64,000 bases of DNA from Candidatus Aldehydirespiratoraceae bacterium (GCA_965214565.1 OZ243951.1:2740888-2804887); one strand, 5' to 3'; counted from the first letter of the stretch, positions 9,554-19,883 are shown. Notes: a model not told the origin generated them from the letters alone. Program-made: numbers and translations.

Positions 9554-10075
9554 TTGACTTGGGAGAACTCCTTGCCTGAACGACCGAACCACCCCGGCAG
9601 TCCCGACTCAGAGCCACAGTTGCTTGAGCCGCCCGAAGTGCTGGATCCCACGGATTCCAGCGAAGAGCTGAGCGAGACGATCGACCACCCCGCCAAGGTG
9701 ATGCGCATCGGAACCATGATGAAACAGTTGCTCGACGAGGTGCGGTCCACGGAACTCGACGAGCCCAGCCGCGACCGGTTGCGTGACATCTACGAGACGT
9801 CTATCGCCGAACTCGGTGGGGCGCTCTCTGATGATCTCCGTGAGGAACTGGGGCGGCTCGCTCTGCCCTTCGGCTCAGAGGAGATCCCCACAGGCGCTGA
9901 ACTTCAGATAGCCAAGGCACAACTCGTCGGTTGGCTCGAAGGGCTCGTCCAGGGAATCCAAGCGATGCTGTTCGCCCAGCAGATGGCTGCGCAGCAGCAG
10001 CTCCAGTCGATGCGGACCCAGATCGGTCCGGCCCAGAGCGAGGCGGGCGACGAGCGTCCGGGCACGTACCTCTGA
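9554..10075 (+). CDS. bpa: Bacterial proteasome activator Bpa/PafE (DUF2587)
   Basis: There are long blocks shared with M. tuberculosis Rv3780 as I remember it (PAKVMRIGTMMKQLLDEVR, LVGWLEGL, FAQQMAA). The C-terminus ends in GTYL, versus GQYL in Mtb. Confidence 0.85.
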   Translation: MTWENSLPERPNHPGSPDSEPQLLEPPEVLDPTDSSEELSETIDHPAKVMRIGTMMKQLLDEVRSTELDEPSRDRLRDIYETSIAELGGALSDDLREELGRLALPFGSEEIPTGAELQIAKAQLVGWLEGLVQGIQAMLFAQQMAAQQQLQSMRTQIGPAQSEAGDERPGTYL

Positions 10076-10189
10076 GTCAACTCATGCTAGCAGATATTGT
10101 CGGTTCGAAGGTGGACGCCACCCGTGGGCGACGGGTAGGTTCAGATGACAACCATGTGATTGTGGTTCGGTAGCGAAAAAGGAGTCCGG

Positions 10190-13100
10190 TTGGGCGATTC
10201 GTTCACGCATCTTCATGTCCACACCGAGTATTCGATGCTTGACGGTGCCTCGCGTGTAGACGATGCCATCAATGCTGCGGTCGCCGACGGTCAACCAGCT
10301 CTGGCGATCACCGACCACGGCAACATGTACGGCGTCCTGGAGTTCTACAAGGGCTGTCGCGACGCGGGTATCAAGCCGATTCTCGGCACCGAGATCTACC
10401 TGGCCCACGAGTCGCGGACCGAGCGACCGAACCGCACGGGCCGCGCCGACGACTCCGGTGGCAACACCGGGTCGGGCCAGAAGCTCTACTACCACGCGAT
10501 ACTGCTCGCGGAGAGCGACGTCGGCTACAAGAACCTGATCCAGATCTCCAGCGAGGCCTTCCTGTCGGGCTACCACTACAAGCCCCGCGCCGACTTCGAG
10601 CTCCTTGAGAAGTACCACGAAGGTCTGATCGCCACCTGCGGCTGCCTGGGAGGGCACGTCCTCCAGTCACTGCTGCAGGGGCAGGAGAAAGCGGCGTTGG
10701 AGCAGGCAGCACGATTCCAGGACATCTTCGGAAGGGACAACTACTTCATCGAGATCCAAGACCACGGGATGCCCGAGCAGCACAGGACCAACCCGCAACT
10801 TCTGGAGATCGCCCGCAAGATCAAGGCTCCGATCGTCGCGACCAACGACAGCCACTACACACACCCCCATGACGCCGAGGCGCATGACGCGCTGCTGTGT
10901 GTCCAGACCGGGTCGTTGTTGAGCGACACGGACCGCTTCAAGTTCCACGGCGACCAGCACTACATCAAGTCGGCCGCTGAGATGCGACGGCTGTTCAAAG
11001 AGGTCCCAGAGGCGTGCGACAACACGCTGTGGGTCGCGGAGCGGGCCGACGTCAACATTGAGTTCGGTCAGTCCAGGCTCCCGAGATTCCCGCTCCCTGA
11101 AGGCTTTGCATCAGACACCGACTATCTGCGCCACCTCACCTACGAGGGGGCGAAACGCCGTTGGGGTAGGGGCTTGAGCGCTGAAGCCGTCGAGCGGCTC
11201 GATTTCGAGCTCGGTGTTATCGACAGAATGGGCTTCTCCGCCTACTTCCTGATCACCTGGGATCTGATCCGCTTCGCACGCGACAGCGACATTCGGGTTG
11301 GTCCGGGCAGGGGTTCGGCTGCCGGTTGTGCGGTCGCCTACGCCTTGAGCATCACGGATCTGGACCCGATCAGGTACGACCTCCTGTTCGAGCGCTTCCT
11401 CAACCCGGCGCGCTTGTCTATGCCCGATATCGACATGGACTTCGAGACACGCCACCGTGACGCGGTGATCCGTTACGCTGCTGAGAAGTACGGACGGGAC
11501 AGCGTCGCTCAGATTGTCACATTCTCGCAGATCAAGGCACGTGCCGCGGTGCGCGACGCAGCCCGGGTCCTGGGCTACCCGTACGGTCTGGGAGACAAGA
11601 TCGCAAAATCCATGCCACCGCTGGTGATGGGTCGCGACACACCGCTGAAATACTGCTTCGAGGAGCATCCCGAATACATCGAGAGTTACCGCGCGTCCAC
11701 AGAGTTGCGCGAGATGGTCGAGGAGAGCCCCGATGCCGCTCGTGTTGTGGAGGTGGCCAAAGGACTGGAGGGACTGCGTCGCCAGGACAGCGTCCACGCT
11801 GCCGCGGTGGTGATCACCGACAAACCGCTGACCGAATATCTTCCGATTCAACGCAAGCCCGAAGGACGAAGAGGTCGAATCGAGGATGCTCCGATAGTCA
11901 CCCAGTACGAAATGAACGGTCTCGAGAGCCTCGGCCTGTTGAAACTGGACTTTCTTGGGCTTCGAAACCTCGATGTGATCGCCGACTGCCTCGCGCTCAT
12001 CAAGCAGACTCGGGGCGAGGCCATCGACATCGACGCGGTGGACCTCGAGGACCAGTGCACCTTTGAGCTGCTGCAGCGGGGCGACACGATCGGGGTCTTT
12101 CAGCTCGAGTCCGGTCCGATGCGTGCTCTGATCCGCTCTCTGGCACCCACTTCCTTTGATGACGTTGCTGCATTAGTGGCGCTCTACCGGCCGGGACCGA
12201 TGGCAGCGAACATGCACAACGACTACGCCGACCGCAAGAACGGCCGTCAACCGGTGAAGTTCATCCATCCCGACGCTGAGGAACTGCTCAGTGAGACTTA
12301 CGGGTTGATGATCTACCAGGAGAACGTCATGCGGGTGGCGCAGAAGTTCGCGGGCTATTCCCTCGCCGAAGCTGATTCGTTGCGAAAGGCTATGGGAAAG
12401 AAGATCCGCGAAGCGATGGCTCAGGAGCGGGAGAAGTTCGTCGCCGGGGTGGTCGACAACGGATATGAGCAATCTCTCGGCGAGGAACTGTTCGACATCA
12501 TCGATCGATTCGCTGACTACGCCTTCAACAAGAGCCACTCCTACGGTTACGGCTACATCGCCTATCAGATCGCCTACCTGAAGGCTAACTTCCCGGTTGA
12601 ATACCTCTCCGCACTGCTCACCAGCGTTAAGGCGAAGCTCGGATCAGCCGCGGTGTACCTCAACGAGTGCCGGCTCATGGGCATCGAAGTCGGAGTCCCC
12701 GACATCAACCGCTCAGAATCCGATTTCACTCCAGAACCAGATCTGAGTCCCGATGCCAGATCCCCGGGGAGAATCGTCTTCGGGCTCTCGGCAATCCGCA
12801 ATGTTGGAGTGGGTTTCGTTGCAAAAGTAGTTGAGGAACGCGAGGCCAACGGTCCGTTCGAGTCGTTCGTCGACTTCGTGGAGCGGATCAACATGGACGC
12901 TCTCAACAAGCGAACCACCGAGTCGCTGATCAAGGGGGGGGCCTTCGATTCGCTCGGCCACTCGCGCAAGGGGCTGCTCCAAGTCCACGAACGGATCACC
13001 GAGATGACGGTGGAACGTCGCAAGGAGCATGACATGGGCGTCATGTCGCTGTTCGGAGACCTCGACGAGGGTCCGACATTTGATGAGCGCCCAGAGATCC

Positions 13101-13759
13101 CCAGCGAGGAGTTCGACAAGAAGTCCAAGCTGGCCCACGAGCGCGAGATGCTGGGCCTGTATGTCTCGGATCATCCGTTGTTCGGTTACGAGGAGCAGAT
13201 CCGCCGTAAGACGACGTGTACGGTCACCTCACTGGCTGACGAGCCGGACCGCGCTTCAGTGACCGTCGGAGGATCGCTCACCAACCTGCAGAGAAAGTGG
13301 ACGAACCGTGGCGAGTTGATGGCGTTTTTTGACCTGGAGGACCTGGAGGGCTCGGTCGAGGTCTTGGTCTTCCCTGCCACGATGAAGGACTACGGTGAGA
13401 AATTGAACGATGACACCATCGTGATTGTCCGCGGGCGCAAGGAGAGCGGACGTTCTTCGAGAGGTCGTGGTGGCGGCAACGATGAGGATGTGAAGCTCCT
13501 GGCAACGGAGATCGACATTGTTGAAGAGCCCGCAAAGAACCCTCCGGTGAGGCTGCGCTTGGAAGTGGCGCATCATGAACAGCCCAAGATCTCCGAACTC
13601 AAATCGGTCCTGGAGGCTCATCCTGGAGACTGCCCGGTTGAGCTCCACCTCAGTGATCGACGCGTCTTCCGGTTGCCAGACGAGTTTGCCGTGGACCGCT
13701 CGAACGGTGTCGTCGCGGAACTCCGAGCACTCCTGGGATCGAATTCGATCCTCGTATGA
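10190..13759 (+). CDS. dnaE: DNA polymerase III alpha subunit
   Basis: PHP domain FTHLHVHTEYSMLDG and palm/fingers motifs (PDIDMDF, LLKLDFLGLRNL), about 1190 aa. An AAGGAG SD lies 5 nt before TTG 10190. The ORF also opens at 10160. Confidence 0.97.
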   Translation: MGDSFTHLHVHTEYSMLDGASRVDDAINAAVADGQPALAITDHGNMYGVLEFYKGCRDAGIKPILGTEIYLAHESRTERPNRTGRADDSGGNTGSGQKLYYHAILLAESDVGYKNLIQISSEAFLSGYHYKPRADFELLEKYHEGLIATCGCLGGHVLQSLLQGQEKAALEQAARFQDIFGRDNYFIEIQDHGMPEQHRTNPQLLEIARKIKAPIVATNDSHYTHPHDAEAHDALLCVQTGSLLSDTDRFKFHGDQHYIKSAAEMRRLFKEVPEACDNTLWVAERADVNIEFGQSRLPRFPLPEGFASDTDYLRHLTYEGAKRRWGRGLSAEAVERLDFELGVIDRMGFSAYFLITWDLIRFARDSDIRVGPGRGSAAGCAVAYALSITDLDPIRYDLLFERFLNPARLSMPDIDMDFETRHRDAVIRYAAEKYGRDSVAQIVTFSQIKARAAVRDAARVLGYPYGLGDKIAKSMPPLVMGRDTPLKYCFEEHPEYIESYRASTELREMVEESPDAARVVEVAKGLEGLRRQDSVHAAAVVITDKPLTEYLPIQRKPEGRRGRIEDAPIVTQYEMNGLESLGLLKLDFLGLRNLDVIADCLALIKQTRGEAIDIDAVDLEDQCTFELLQRGDTIGVFQLESGPMRALIRSLAPTSFDDVAALVALYRPGPMAANMHNDYADRKNGRQPVKFIHPDAEELLSETYGLMIYQENVMRVAQKFAGYSLAEADSLRKAMGKKIREAMAQEREKFVAGVVDNGYEQSLGEELFDIIDRFADYAFNKSHSYGYGYIAYQIAYLKANFPVEYLSALLTSVKAKLGSAAVYLNECRLMGIEVGVPDINRSESDFTPEPDLSPDARSPGRIVFGLSAIRNVGVGFVAKVVEEREANGPFESFVDFVERINMDALNKRTTESLIKGGAFDSLGHSRKGLLQVHERITEMTVERRKEHDMGVMSLFGDLDEGPTFDERPEIPSEEFDKKSKLAHEREMLGLYVSDHPLFGYEEQIRRKTTCTVTSLADEPDRASVTVGGSLTNLQRKWTNRGELMAFFDLEDLEGSVEVLVFPATMKDYGEKLNDDTIVIVRGRKESGRSSRGRGGGNDEDVKLLATEIDIVEEPAKNPPVRLRLEVAHHEQPKISELKSVLEAHPGDCPVELHLSDRRVFRLPDEFAVDRSNGVVAELRALLGSNSILV

Positions 13760-13858
13760 GGCCCGTGGAGTTGCGAAATCGCCGCGGAGCGCTGAGACTG
13801 TAGCAGTCTGGTTGCGCAGCAACTGCGACACAGGTCAAGAATTCTGGTTTACGACATT

Positions 13859-13897
13859 CCAGAGAAACGACCCAGAGAAACGACCCAGAGAAACGAC
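13859..13897. repeat. Perfect tandem repeat, 13-bp unit CCAGAGAAACGAC x3
   Basis: I read this directly. The copies are at 13859-13871, 13872-13884 and 13885-13897, immediately upstream of the next ORF's start codons (GTG 13901 / ATG 13916). Confidence 0.9.
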
Positions 13898-13915
13898 AGA
13901 GTGGGGGCTGTGGCC

Positions 13916-14584
13916 ATGGCCATCGAAGTGGAGACCAAGGACTGCACCGCCGTGAGCGATGCCGAGCTCGCCGAGATGGCGGATCTCTGTGCGGCGTCTC
14001 CGAATGCCTTCGAGGTCGGCTTGCTGTCGAAGCAGTGTGAAAAATGGGTCTTGGTCACAGTTGCCAGCGAGGGCGGCAAGATCCGAGGATTCTCGTATTG
14101 CACTCTCGAGCGAATCGGCGGAACGCCGAGCGTGCTAATCGGCGCAGCCCACATTTGCCGCAACAACAAACGCGACACAGTTCTTCGTGTAATCATGACT
14201 GACCAGCTCCGCCGCTCGGTGTTGGCATTCCCGGACGAGGATGTGCTCGTTGGCACCCAGCTCAACGATGCGGGTGCCTTCGACGCCTACAAGACCCTCG
14301 ACGATATTGTCCCCCGTCCGGATCACAAGGTCTCCGGCGAGGAGCGGGCATGGGGTCGCCGGTTGGCGAAGCGTTTCGGTATCGAGGCGAATCGCTACGA
14401 AGACCGCGCATTCATCGTTCGCGGGGACGGCAAGCAACCGGTCGTGCTCGACCATGCCAGCATCAAGCCCGAGGAGATCCCTGCCGAGGTCACTTCTCAA
14501 CTCTCCGATCTGGATGTCGCGGCGGGCGACACGTTGATCGCCTTCGGTTGGGCCATGGCCGAGGATCTCGAGAAACTGCTCTGA
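13916..14584 (+). CDS. Hypothetical protein
   Basis: A long ORF with host-like codon bias and no family I recognise. The start is ambiguous (GTG 13901 or ATG 13916). Confidence 0.5.
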   Translation: MAIEVETKDCTAVSDAELAEMADLCAASPNAFEVGLLSKQCEKWVLVTVASEGGKIRGFSYCTLERIGGTPSVLIGAAHICRNNKRDTVLRVIMTDQLRRSVLAFPDEDVLVGTQLNDAGAFDAYKTLDDIVPRPDHKVSGEERAWGRRLAKRFGIEANRYEDRAFIVRGDGKQPVVLDHASIKPEEIPAEVTSQLSDLDVAAGDTLIAFGWAMAEDLEKLL

Positions 14585-15189
14585 ACGACTCTGGACTTGC
14601 CGGGATCGTCCGTCGCCGACGGATGACGCGGTCGTTCTCAAGTGAACCGGTCGCTCCCGAGGTTGTTGAAGAATTGATTGACCTCGCGCGGCGTTCCCCC
14701 TCAGCGGGAAATGCATCCGCGTTGGAGTGGCTGGTTTTGGACGACCCGACGGCTGTGGCCGCGTACTGGGACACCACCCTGCCCTCAGAGCGCCGCGACG
14801 GCTTCGCCTGGCCCGAACTGCTGAAGGCCCCAGTGATCGTGATTCTGTGGGTCGACCCACAGATCTATCTCGAGCGCTACCGCGAGGCCGACAAGGCGCA
14901 CACACCTCTCGGGGAGTCACTCGAATCTTGGAGCGTCCCATACTGGTTCGTCGACGGTGGCGCAGCAGTGCAGACACTCCTGCTGGCAGCCGAGGAAGCG
15001 GGCTTGGGTGCACTGTTCTTCGGACTGTTCGAACACGAACCGAAGGTGCGCGAGACGTTCGGCGTGCCTCCCATGTGGAGGGCACTGGGAGCGGTCGCGC
15101 TCGGGCAGCGCGCCAAGGACAGGCCTTCGCAGAGTCAGCTGAGACGCCGTCGCCGGATCGAGGAGGTCGTCCACCGCAACAGGTGGTGA
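14581..15189 (+). CDS. Nitroreductase family protein
   Basis: RRRRMTRSF (FMN-phosphate-binding R-x-x-R-S-x-R-x-F type) followed by SAGN and a C-terminal WYFVDGG...LGALFFG pattern. The start is uncertain because the conserved Arg motif lies upstream of the first ATG (14623). This implies a non-ATG start near 14581-14605. Confidence 0.65.
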   Translation: MNDSGLAGIVRRRRMTRSFSSEPVAPEVVEELIDLARRSPSAGNASALEWLVLDDPTAVAAYWDTTLPSERRDGFAWPELLKAPVIVILWVDPQIYLERYREADKAHTPLGESLESWSVPYWFVDGGAAVQTLLLAAEEAGLGALFFGLFEHEPKVRETFGVPPMWRALGAVALGQRAKDRPSQSQLRRRRRIEEVVHRNRW

Positions 15190-15318
15190 TCTGCGGTTCG
15201 GTAGTTCAGTTTGCCTGTACGAATCGGAGCCGCGGCTTGGTGTCGTGGCTGGCGCAAAGATAGCCTCGGCGGGTTCATGGGAATGTTCCCTAGACAGATG
15301 AGCCCGATCGGAGGCCCA

Positions 15319-15726
15319 ATGGAAGCGGATACACCATCTCAAGTCCCGCTCGTCAGCTATCTGCGGTTGGGTTCGGAAGCCCACCTAGTAGCCAATGAAT
15401 GTACGAACTGCGGCGCCCGCTTCTTTGACCGTCGCAATGCCTGCGCGCAATGCGGTCTGCGTGAGTTCAAGAATGTTCGGGTCGACAACGCCGCGAAGCT
15501 GAAGGCGTTCACGATCGTCCACCGCGCCGCGCCGGGAATCCCGGCCCCGTATGTCTCCGCCATCGTCGAGACCATCGACGGCACCACGGTCCGGTCCAAC
15601 GTGGTCAACTGCGAGCCCGACCCCGAAGTGGTGCAGTTGGGAATGGAGTTGAAGCTCACCACCTATCCCATCGGCGCCGACGATGACGGCACCGAAGCGA
15701 TCGCCTTCGGTTATCAACCCGCCTGA
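15319..15726 (+). CDS. DUF35 family Zn-ribbon/OB-fold protein (thiolase partner)
   Basis: CTNCGARFFDRRNACAQCG rubredoxin-like ribbon followed by an OB-fold-length C-terminus. A GGAGG SD lies before ATG 15319. It sits immediately upstream of a thiolase, which is the usual pairing. Confidence 0.75.
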   Translation: MEADTPSQVPLVSYLRLGSEAHLVANECTNCGARFFDRRNACAQCGLREFKNVRVDNAAKLKAFTIVHRAAPGIPAPYVSAIVETIDGTTVRSNVVNCEPDPEVVQLGMELKLTTYPIGADDDGTEAIAFGYQPA

Positions 15727-15758
15727 ACGCCACCCGCAACAACAAGGAAGTATCTCAG

Positions 15759-17009
15759 ATGGCCACGACGAAGAGCCCCACAGCAAAGTCCTCAGCAAGC
15801 AGGATCAGCGATGACAGTGTCTGGATTCTGGGCACCCACATGACCAGGTTCGCGCGTTATCCGGAAAAGGACGTGGTGGATCTGGCTGCAGAGGCATCGA
15901 TCGCCGCGCTCGAGGACGGCAACGTGACCATCCACGACATGGACGTGTTGGCGGCAGGGTCCCTCTTCAATGCCGGGACCGGGATCGGGCAGCGGATCCA
16001 GAAACAGATCGGACAAACCGGTATTCCGGTGTTCAATGTGGCCAACGCCTGTGCCACCGGCGCAACTGCGGTGCGCACCGTCTACCTCTCAATCAAGGCG
16101 GGAGAGGCTGATCTGGGCCTGGCAGTCGGTGTTGAGCAGATGGGCAAGATGGGTCTGCTCGGCGGTGCCGGCACCAAGAAGGAGAAGAAGGTCTTCGAGC
16201 CCAGCGGTCGCTACGGAGCCGTGACCGGAATCGACGGCTACATCGGCACCGAAGGCATGCCCGGAGTCTTCGCCCAGGCGGGGATGGAGTACGCCAACAC
16301 CTATGACGGCGTCGGTTTCGAGCAGTTCGCGAGGGTGGCGTACAAGAACCACCTTCACTCAACGCTCAACCCGCTGGCGCAGTACCGCAAAGAGTTCTCG
16401 ATGGACGAGATCATGGCCTCGCCGACCATGAGCTATCCGAATACCCTGTTGATGTGTTGCCCCACCGGTGACGGCGCGGCGGCAGCGGTGCTCGTCTCTG
16501 GGCAGCGGCTCAAGGCCATGCCGGCACAGGCCCGCAGGCGGGCCGTCAAGATATCAGCCTCGGTACTGACCTCAGACCCCTATACCGAAGCGAGCCAGGT
16601 GCAACCCGACGTCAACACATTGACGCGCAATGCGGCGGCAAAGGCCTATGAAACCGCAGGTGTCGGTCCCGAGGACCTCGACCTTGTGGAGCTCCACGAC
16701 TGCTTCGCCACAGCGGAGTTGATCCATTACGACAACCTCGGCCTGTGTGAACCCGGTGCTGCCGGCGACTTCATCGATTCCGGTGCTCCGTTCCGTGACG
16801 GCACGACACCGGTAAACGTGTCGGGTGGCTTGATCTCCAAGGGCCACCCGATCGGCGCCACCGGCGTTGCCAACGTGTTCGAAGTCACGACCCACCTTCG
16901 CGGCGAAGCCGGCGACCGGCAGATTGCCGATGCCAAGGTCGGTTTGGCACATGTCATCGGTTTGGGGTCGGCGTGTGCTATCCATGTCCTGGAGAAGGCC
17001 GCCGTCTGA
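15759..17009 (+). CDS. Thiolase-like protein (SCP-x / non-specific lipid-transfer-type thiolase)
   Basis: NVANACATGATAV (active-site Cys), ELHDCFA, and GGLISKGHPIGATG near the C-terminus. Confidence 0.85.
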   Translation: MATTKSPTAKSSASRISDDSVWILGTHMTRFARYPEKDVVDLAAEASIAALEDGNVTIHDMDVLAAGSLFNAGTGIGQRIQKQIGQTGIPVFNVANACATGATAVRTVYLSIKAGEADLGLAVGVEQMGKMGLLGGAGTKKEKKVFEPSGRYGAVTGIDGYIGTEGMPGVFAQAGMEYANTYDGVGFEQFARVAYKNHLHSTLNPLAQYRKEFSMDEIMASPTMSYPNTLLMCCPTGDGAAAAVLVSGQRLKAMPAQARRRAVKISASVLTSDPYTEASQVQPDVNTLTRNAAAKAYETAGVGPEDLDLVELHDCFATAELIHYDNLGLCEPGAAGDFIDSGAPFRDGTTPVNVSGGLISKGHPIGATGVANVFEVTTHLRGEAGDRQIADAKVGLAHVIGLGSACAIHVLEKAAV

Positions 17010-17033
17010 TCACAGGAGGCAGCGAGTCAAAAT

Positions 17034-19883
17034 ATGCCGCTGCGTGTCACTGTCACGTCGCATAGCGACCCAGAAGGCGAAGCGATCGTCTCCGCCGCGC
17101 CCCTCGTCGGCGTGAGCGGACTCGCGCAATGTCGGGTCTCGAGGGTCTATCACCTCGATGCCGCCGGCCCCTTGGACCGCGACGATGTCGATCGGCTCTG
17201 CCGCGAGGTGCTCGTCGACCCCGTCGTGGCCGAATACTCCGTAGGCGAAGCCGCGGCAGCCGTGGGCCGCGCCATCGAGGTGGCAGCACTACCGGGAGTG
17301 ACAGACCTCGAAGCGAGAGAGCTTGAGCGTGCCGCGCAGCAACTGCAGATAGCGGACCTTCGGGTTTCGACCGCGGTCCGCTACGACCTGATCGGGGACC
17401 TCGACGACCGAGCCGTGACCGTCATCACCAAGCGGTTGTTGGCCAACGACACGATCGAGCAGTCCCATGAAGGCACATTGGCCCCCACGTTCGTCGCTCA
17501 AGTGGACCCTGACCCACGGGTCGAGTCGGTGCCGCTGCGCGAACTCAACGACAGCGAACTGGCGACGTTGAGTTCCCAACGGTTGCTGTCACTCGACGTG
17601 GAGGAGATGCGCGCCATCCAGCGTTACTTTGATGACATCGGTCGCAGCCCCACCGATGCGGAGCTTGAGACGTTGGCTCAGACCTGGTCGGAGCACTGTG
17701 TCCACAAGACGTTCCGTGCTTCGATCGAATTGACGCACATCACCGCGGACGGCCTCACAAAGGTGACCCGTCACGACGGTCTGCTGGCCGCGCTGCGCGA
17801 GGTTACCGAGGAGCTCGATCCATGGTGGTTGCGATCAGCATTCGTCGACGACGCCGGGATAGTGGCCTTCGATGACCGCTTCGATCTCGCCTTCAAGGTG
17901 GAGACCCACAACCACCCATCGGCTCTTGAACCGTTCGGTGGTGCGAACACCGGTGTCGGCGGCGTGGTCCGAGACATTCTGGGGGTCTCGGCTCGACCCA
18001 TCGCCTGCACCAACGTACTGTGTTTCGGCCCTGCCGACCTGCCCGATGACCGACTGTTGACAGGAGTGCTGCATCCCCGCCGAATCCGCGACGGAGTCGT
18101 CGATGGGATCGCCGACTACGGAAACAAGTTGGGCCTTCCGACTGTCAACGGCGCAGTGGTCTACGACGAGGGATACATCGGCAACCCGCTGGTGTACTGC
18201 GGTGCGCTGGGGCTTCTGGTCAACGGTTCACATCCGAGCGCGGCTCAACTCGGTGACCGTGTCGTCTCCATCGGGGGAAGGGTCGGCCGGGACGGAATCC
18301 ATGGCGCCACCTTCTCGTCGGCCACCATGAACGCATCCACGGTCGATTCGGTCGGCGCGGCGGTGCAGATCGGTGATCCGATCACCGAGAAAGGTTGCAT
18401 TGAGGTGGTTGAGCGCGCCTGCGAGCTCGGTTTGTACAACGCCATCACGGACTGTGGGGCGGGAGGCTTCTCATCTGCAGTGGGCGAGATGGGCGAGGAC
18501 CTGGGTGTCGAGATCAACCTCGAAGTAGTGCGTCTCAAGTATCCGGGCCTGCAGCCATGGGAGATCTGGCTCTCCGAAGCGCAGGAACGGATGGTCATGG
18601 CGGTTCCGGCCGAATCGCTGCGGGAGTTGCAGCAGATCTGTGATGACTGGGATGTGGAGCTGACCGATCTGGGCAGCTTCAGCGGCTCCGGCAAACTGGT
18701 GGTTCGACATGGCGACTCCCCAGTCATCGACATGTCCATGGACTTCCTGCACAACGGGCTGCCCCGCCGGGAGATGACCGCGACCTGGGTCGACCCGCCC
18801 AGCACCGAGGTCGAGTCACCGCGCGTCAACGCGGAGATGCTCTTGGGGCTCCTGACCCATCCCGATGTTGCCAGCAAGGAGGACATTGTCCGGCGCTACG
18901 ACCATGAGGTGCGGGCAGGGACCGTCGTGCGTCCCCTGGTGGGACGCAACGCTGATGGCCCCGCAGACGCCGCGGTGGTCAAGCCACTCGGCACACAGCA
19001 CACTTCCGCTGCGGCAGTCTTGAGCAATGGCCTATGCCCGCGTGTCGGCAGGCACGACCCGTACGCGATGGCACTTCTGGCACTGGACGAGGCGGTCCGC
19101 AATCTGGTCGCGGTCGGCGGCGACCCCGACCGGGTGGCGCTGCTCGACAATTTCTGTTGGGGAGATCCAACCCGCAGCGATCGCCTCGGCAGCCTGGTCC
19201 GCGCCGTGCAAGGCTGCACCGACGGAGCCCGCCGCTACGCGATGCCTTTCATTTCCGGCAAGGACAGCCTCTTCAACGAGTTCGAGGGGCGGCCGGTGCC
19301 ACCCACATTGCTGATCTCCGCACTCGGACTGGTCGGTGACCTAGACAGTGCGATCGACTCGGCGGGCATGAACGTCGGCGACGATCTGTGGCTAGTCGGC
19401 CAGGGGAGTGCGGCGCTCGGGGGGTCTGTGGCGGACGCTCTCTACGGGCTCGGCGCCACTGACGTCCCCGCGCCCCTCGATGACCCTCTGCCGCGTTATC
19501 GAGCCGTGCATTCCGCCATTGCGGCCGGTCTGGTGTCAGCCGCACACGACTGCAGCGACGGCGGAATCGCGGTGGCCATCGCGGAGATGGCGATCGCCTC
19601 CCGGTACGGGGTGGCCGTGGAGGTTCCCTCCGACGGATGCGACGAGTTCGCGGCTCTCACCAATGAGGGACCGGGGCGCCTCGTGTTGGCCGCACACCGC
19701 AACAACCGTGATGTGATCGGTGCGACGCTGGGCGTCGACGGGCGACGGATCGGCGAGGTGACCGCGGACAGCCGGATCAGTTTGCAGGTGCAGGGGGGGC
19801 ACGGCGACCCTACTGCGGGCGCAGTGGTCTGTGTTGATGTCCAAGACGCAGCACGAGCATTCAAATCGTCGGTGTCGGCGTGA
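17034..19883 (+). CDS. purL: Phosphoribosylformylglycinamidine synthase subunit PurL with an N-terminal tandem PurS-like extension (PurS-PurS-PurL fusion)
   Basis: The WSEHCVHKTF motif only appears at about residue 226. Upstream of it are two ~80-aa PurS-like modules (…VLVDPVVAEYSV and …RLLANDTIEQS). The rest is canonical small PurL (HNHPSALEPFGGANTGVGGVVRD). Confidence 0.95.
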   Translation: MPLRVTVTSHSDPEGEAIVSAAPLVGVSGLAQCRVSRVYHLDAAGPLDRDDVDRLCREVLVDPVVAEYSVGEAAAAVGRAIEVAALPGVTDLEARELERAAQQLQIADLRVSTAVRYDLIGDLDDRAVTVITKRLLANDTIEQSHEGTLAPTFVAQVDPDPRVESVPLRELNDSELATLSSQRLLSLDVEEMRAIQRYFDDIGRSPTDAELETLAQTWSEHCVHKTFRASIELTHITADGLTKVTRHDGLLAALREVTEELDPWWLRSAFVDDAGIVAFDDRFDLAFKVETHNHPSALEPFGGANTGVGGVVRDILGVSARPIACTNVLCFGPADLPDDRLLTGVLHPRRIRDGVVDGIADYGNKLGLPTVNGAVVYDEGYIGNPLVYCGALGLLVNGSHPSAAQLGDRVVSIGGRVGRDGIHGATFSSATMNASTVDSVGAAVQIGDPITEKGCIEVVERACELGLYNAITDCGAGGFSSAVGEMGEDLGVEINLEVVRLKYPGLQPWEIWLSEAQERMVMAVPAESLRELQQICDDWDVELTDLGSFSGSGKLVVRHGDSPVIDMSMDFLHNGLPRREMTATWVDPPSTEVESPRVNAEMLLGLLTHPDVASKEDIVRRYDHEVRAGTVVRPLVGRNADGPADAAVVKPLGTQHTSAAAVLSNGLCPRVGRHDPYAMALLALDEAVRNLVAVGGDPDRVALLDNFCWGDPTRSDRLGSLVRAVQGCTDGARRYAMPFISGKDSLFNEFEGRPVPPTLLISALGLVGDLDSAIDSAGMNVGDDLWLVGQGSAALGGSVADALYGLGATDVPAPLDDPLPRYRAVHSAIAAGLVSAAHDCSDGGIAVAIAEMAIASRYGVAVEVPSDGCDEFAALTNEGPGRLVLAAHRNNRDVIGATLGVDGRRIGEVTADSRISLQVQGGHGDPTAGAVVCVDVQDAARAFKSSVSA

